Virus record (IMG/VR): IMGVR_UViG_3300025098_000027
Source of the DNA: an uncultured virus (IMG/VR IMGVR_UViG_3300025098_000027)
Taxonomy: Duplodnaviria; Heunggongvirae; Uroviricota; Caudoviricetes
DNA length: 20,000 nucleotides
Strand: one strand, 5' to 3'
The position numbers were made by a program, and so were the translations under genes. Positions 16,851-20,000 of the stretch are shown one piece after another. Each line of letters begins with the position of its first letter. Within the stretch, counting starts at the first letter, position 1. Under the pieces are notes generated by a model. It did not search any database and was not told where the DNA came from. It saw only the letters and a program-made list of their open reading frames with translations.

Positions 16851-17834
16851 ATGAGTGTAGTAAGCGAAACAGTTCTGACATACTTGCCGCCTAAGCGCAA
16901 ACAAACGCCTAGTGGCTGGTTATCCTTTAATGCTACGTGTTGTCACCATAATGGACACGCAGCAGACACTCGCGGCCGTGGTGGCCTTATAAGTAACCCA
17001 GATGGAGGCGTAAGTTATCATTGTTTTAACTGCGGCTTCAAGGCATCCTGGCAACCGGGCAGGAACTTCTCACATAAACTGCGTAAACTCCTACAATGGA
17101 TGGGAGCACCTGACGATGTAATCAATAAGGTAGCACTAGAGGTTATGAGAGAAAATGAAGGAGTTGAAGCTAAAACACAAATAGCCCAACTACCAACTTT
17201 CAATACTGTCCCGTTGCCAGACGATGCTATTAAAATTACAGACATAACAGACTTTAACAAGTATAGTATGGCAGTACTTGAGTATATGGCTGCACGTAAT
17301 TTAAACGTTGATGATACAGACTATTACTGGAGCCCCAGCTTAGGGTATCGTGATAGATTGATCATACCCTTCTACTTTGAAGGTAGGGTAGTAGGATGGA
17401 CTGGACGTAGCGTGAACCCAGACAAGAAGCCCAAGTACTTGACCGAAGTGCAACCTGGGTTTGTGTACGGACTAGACGAGCAGTCTTATAAAAAAGTATT
17501 TGCGATACTCTGTGAAGGACAAGTCGATGCTATACACATAGAAGGTTGTGCGCTAGGTGGTAGTGAAATATCTAGTCAGCAAGCAATGCTGCTCAATAGA
17601 CTACAGAAGCAAATCATTGTTGTTCCTGATCGTGACAAGGCAGGAAGTAAACTAGTAGAAGAAGCAATTGATCTAGGTTGGAGTGTGAGTATGCCTGATT
17701 GGCCTACTGGACTAAATGACATAGGTGATGTAGTAGAAAAACACGGTAGGTTATATGCATTACATACTATAGCAAGCAGTGCCGAAGACAGTGCATTAAA
17801 AATTAGACTGAGAGCGAAGAAATGGTTCGACTGA
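16851..17834 (+). CDS. dnaG: DNA primase (T4 gp61/DnaG-like: Zn-binding plus TOPRIM domain)
   Basis: Zn ligands TCCHH and YHCFNCG; RLIIP, GR and KYL; TOPRIM CEGQVDA, PDRDKAG and ND. Confidence 0.9.
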   Translation: MSVVSETVLTYLPPKRKQTPSGWLSFNATCCHHNGHAADTRGRGGLISNPDGGVSYHCFNCGFKASWQPGRNFSHKLRKLLQWMGAPDDVINKVALEVMRENEGVEAKTQIAQLPTFNTVPLPDDAIKITDITDFNKYSMAVLEYMAARNLNVDDTDYYWSPSLGYRDRLIIPFYFEGRVVGWTGRSVNPDKKPKYLTEVQPGFVYGLDEQSYKKVFAILCEGQVDAIHIEGCALGGSEISSQQAMLLNRLQKQIIVVPDRDKAGSKLVEEAIDLGWSVSMPDWPTGLNDIGDVVEKHGRLYALHTIASSAEDSALKIRLRAKKWFD

Positions 17835-17838
17835 TTAC

Positions 17839-17867
17839 TTTACTTTTTGTAATAACTGTGTTATACT
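17839..17867 (+). promoter_or_regulatory. Sigma70-type promoter TTTACT-N17-TATACT with extended -10 (TGn)
   Basis: TTTACT 17839-17844, TG 17859-17860 and TATACT 17862-17867 in the primase-helicase gap. Confidence 0.6.
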
Positions 17868-17891
17868 TAGCAGTAACTAAAAAACAAATCG

Positions 17892-17912
17892 AACCCGAGC
17901 CACTTGGGTTTT
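17892..17912 (+). other. Stem-loop in the helicase 5' leader (weak terminator/attenuator candidate)
   Basis: AACCCGAG-cca-CTTGGGTT (8 bp with one G-U pair) followed by TT. Confidence 0.4.
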
Positions 17913-17957
17913 CGCCGAGCATAATTACAATAGAAGAACTAGAACCAAGGGTATTTG

Positions 17958-19400
17958 ATGACAACTAGACAAAACACAGACTATGGATATGATATACAAA
18001 AAGTATATTTAGAAATGATGCTGTCTGATGCTGAGAGCTTTGTACGCTGTCAGGCTGTATTTGATCCGGATAGTTTTGATAGAAGACTAAAGGCGCCAGC
18101 AGAGTTTCTCAACAACTATGTTATGGAACACAATGCATTGCCTACACTTGATATGATCAATGCGGCAACAGACATTAATTTAAAAGATGTAGGTGAACTA
18201 CAAGAGAATCACTATGATTGGCTACTAGCAGAGTTTGAAACATTTAGTAAACACAAAGCACTAGAAGCGGCAATCCTTAAGAGTGCTGACCTGTTAGAAA
18301 ATGGTGACTATGGACAGTGTGAAGACTTGGTCAAGAAAGCTGTACAGATAGGACTACAAAAAGACTTGGGTACAGACTACTATGCTGATCCAAGAGCTAG
18401 ACTAGAAGGCATCAAGAGTACAAACGGACAGGTAAGCACAGGCTGGCCAGCTATGGACAAGAAATTGTTTGGTGGCTTCAACAGAGGCGAGCTGAATATC
18501 TTTGCAGGTGGTTCGGGTGCAGGTAAGAGTTTGTTCCTTGCTAACATTGGCGTTAATATGGCTGAGAAAGGGTTGAACGTGATCTACTTGACACTAGAGC
18601 TTGCAGAGAGTCTAGTTAGTATGAGACTTGATAGTATGACTACTGGCATTCCGAGTCGTGATGTGTTTAAGAGCATTGACGATGTTGAGATGAAAGTTAA
18701 GATGATCGGCAAGAAGAATGGTGCATTCCAAGTCAAGTATATGCCCAGTGGCAAGACAGCAAATGATGTACGTTCATACATTAAAGAATATGAAATTAAA
18801 ACAGGCAAGAAGGTAGACGTACTACTGATTGACTACTTGGACTTGTTGATGCCAGCCAGCACAAAGGTTAGTGCAGAGAACTTGTTTATCAAAGACAAGT
18901 ACGTATCAGAAGAGCTACGTAACCTAGCAATGGAATTGAACACAGTGTTTGTCACAGCGGCACAGTTGAATCGTGGTGCTGTGGAAGAGATTGAATTTGA
19001 TCACTCGCACATATCAGGTGGACTTAGTAAGATCCAGACTGCGGATAACGTGTTTGGTATCTTTACAAGCAGAGCAATGCGTGAACGTGGACGCTATCAG
19101 CTACAGTTGATGAAGACACGTAACTCAAGTGGTGTAGGTCAAAAGATTGATCTAGGCTTTGACCTAGACACTCTGCGTATTGTAGACTTGGATGAAGACG
19201 ATGATGACAATTACGGTTCAGCACCAAATACCAGTGCAGGTGCTAGTGTGCTTGATTCAATCAAACGCAATAGTGTACAGCCAGGAGCGGCAGTCACAGC
19301 AGATCCACAAGAAGGTGCTACAGCCACAAGTGGTAAGATTAGAGCGCAAACTGATTCAACCAAGTTGAGAGACTTTCTCAATAACCTAGACGACGACTAA
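17958..19400 (+). CDS. dnaB: Replicative DNA helicase (DnaB/T4 gp41 family)
   Basis: VSTGW, Walker A AGGSGAGKS, TLEL, Walker B IDYLDL, AQLNR, TAD and KTRN. Confidence 0.92.
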   Translation: MTTRQNTDYGYDIQKVYLEMMLSDAESFVRCQAVFDPDSFDRRLKAPAEFLNNYVMEHNALPTLDMINAATDINLKDVGELQENHYDWLLAEFETFSKHKALEAAILKSADLLENGDYGQCEDLVKKAVQIGLQKDLGTDYYADPRARLEGIKSTNGQVSTGWPAMDKKLFGGFNRGELNIFAGGSGAGKSLFLANIGVNMAEKGLNVIYLTLELAESLVSMRLDSMTTGIPSRDVFKSIDDVEMKVKMIGKKNGAFQVKYMPSGKTANDVRSYIKEYEIKTGKKVDVLLIDYLDLLMPASTKVSAENLFIKDKYVSEELRNLAMELNTVFVTAAQLNRGAVEEIEFDHSHISGGLSKIQTADNVFGIFTSRAMRERGRYQLQLMKTRNSSGVGQKIDLGFDLDTLRIVDLDEDDDDNYGSAPNTSAGASVLDSIKRNSVQPGAAVTADPQEGATATSGKIRAQTDSTKLRDFLNNLDDD

Positions 19401-19409
19401 AGCAAACGC

Positions 19410-19601
19410 TTACTTTGAGTCGTTTTGTCTTAGGTTAACCACAGTGTTTTGAATAATTGATTTGCGTGACCACTCAGTAGTGTCGTGATCCTGTGCAATC
19501 TCAACAGTGCCACGTGAATTCTCATCAAATGATATGTTGACTTTGTAGTTGCCGTTTGTTCGTGCTACACTTCTGGTGCTGTTGAATGTTTGTTTGCTCA
19601 T
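19410..19601 (-). CDS. Small hypothetical protein (63 aa)
   Basis: ATG 19601 is preceded on the minus strand by CTAAATA-N5; convergent with the helicase. Confidence 0.55.
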   Translation of the reverse strand: MSKQTFNSTRSVARTNGNYKVNISFDENSRGTVEIAQDHDTTEWSRKSIIQNTVVNLRQNDSK

Positions 19602-19606
19602 ATGTG

Positions 19607-19613
19607 TATTTAG
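19607..19613 (-). promoter_or_regulatory. T4-like late promoter core (CTAAATA), 5 nt before ATG 19601
   Basis: Minus strand reads gCTAAATAcacatATG. Confidence 0.5.
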
Positions 19614-19627
19614 CGACTCAGCCCAAG

Positions 19628-19706
19628 AGCGCGGAGCGTTTGCGCCCAAAAAGCCGCACAGCGGTTAACGCAGATTTAGCTAAGAAGCCGCGAAGCGGTA
19701 AACGCT
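19628..19706. repeat. GC-rich cluster of mini-hairpins with a 21-nt imperfect direct repeat
   Basis: aagccgcACAgcggttaacgc (19651-19671) and aagccgcGAAgcggtaaacgc (19685-19705), 18/21 identical; third hairpin agcgcGGAgcgtt (19628-19640). Confidence 0.75.
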
Positions 19707-19762
19707 TTTCGCACAGAACTAAGTGTTTACTAAAGCACCTCTAGCAAGCTCATACAAGCCCG

Positions 19763-19992
19763 TACACAGCTATAGTCTAGTTATGGTGTATGTAGAGTCA
19801 TCTGACAGTGCTAACTGCGCAAAAGTACAGTGTGCGTCTGTGTCAAAGACTAATCGATTGGCTTGTGGTTGTGTAGCATCTATGCCGTTTGTGATCAACA
19901 GTTCTATTGACAGTGCATACACAAGAGCATCAATGGCTACTTCATTAGTAATAGTATGATAATTGAATTCCAAACAATACACAGCTATAGTC
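19763..19992. repeat. Exact 15-nt direct repeat tacacagctatagtc at 19763-19777 and 19978-19992
   Basis: Both copies read directly; they bracket the minus-strand ORF 19770..19982. Confidence 0.85.
19770..19982 (-). CDS. Small hypothetical protein (70 aa)
   Basis: Its GTG start and TAG stop each fall inside one copy of the 15-nt repeat. Confidence 0.5.
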   Translation of the reverse strand: MYCLEFNYHTITNEVAIDALVYALSIELLITNGIDATQPQANRLVFDTDAHCTFAQLALSDDSTYTITRL

Positions 19993-20000
19993 CTAGTGAG

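Noticed and set aside
1353..18808. Many short alternative-frame or antisense ORFs in the track (e.g. 1353-1553, 4582-4902, 5507-5864, 8126-8452, 12756-13124, 17018-17260, 18584-18808)
   Set aside because: They lie entirely within well-supported genes, show no recognisable motifs and look like shadow ORFs.
8072..19400. Inteins or introns in UvsW, primase or helicase
   Set aside because: All three ORFs are continuous with normal motif spacing and no splice-junction motifs.
19723..19959. Plus-strand 78-aa ORF
   Set aside because: It is antisense to the 70-aa ORF whose start and stop coincide with the junction repeats, and it has no SD or motif support.
19628..19992. CRISPR array or tRNA in the repeat-rich right end
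   Set aside because: Each repeat has only two copies, spacing is not CRISPR-like, and there is no cloverleaf or T-loop motif.
1..20000. Stop-codon reassignment as seen in some large phages
   Set aside because: Genes are full length in the standard code, and TAA, TAG and TGA all end genes at sensible junctions.

Overview
AT-rich, densely packed segment that is most likely from a large T4-like (myovirus/jumbo-type) dsDNA phage, read in the standard genetic code. The left part (1-6840) is a glycan-modification cluster. It holds five copies of a GT-B-like domain resembling KpsC/KpsS capsule beta-Kdo transferases, a GT8-like domain, a GT-A glycosyltransferase, a SAM methyltransferase and a cytidylyltransferase-cupin fusion. 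The middle and right parts hold replication genes: UvsW helicase, a gp62-like clamp-loader subunit, primase and DnaB/gp41 helicase. These are interleaved with kdsA-kdsB (CMP-Kdo synthesis), two cupins, a 2OG-Fe(II) oxygenase and a second GT-A paralog. The most notable observations are: (1) a 186-aa miniaturised DnaE (Pol III alpha) that keeps all three catalytic Asp motifs; (2) an apparent phage-encoded Kdo glycosylation system; (3) sigma70-type and T4-late-type promoters whose predicted +1 falls on the ATG, implying leaderless mRNAs; (4) a possible degenerate standalone Hint-fold protein after uvsW; (5) a cluster of repeated mini-hairpins, two with GNA loops, just beyond the helicase; (6) gene-junction direct repeats suggesting cassette insertion. 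All family calls come from motif recognition by eye; no searches were run.
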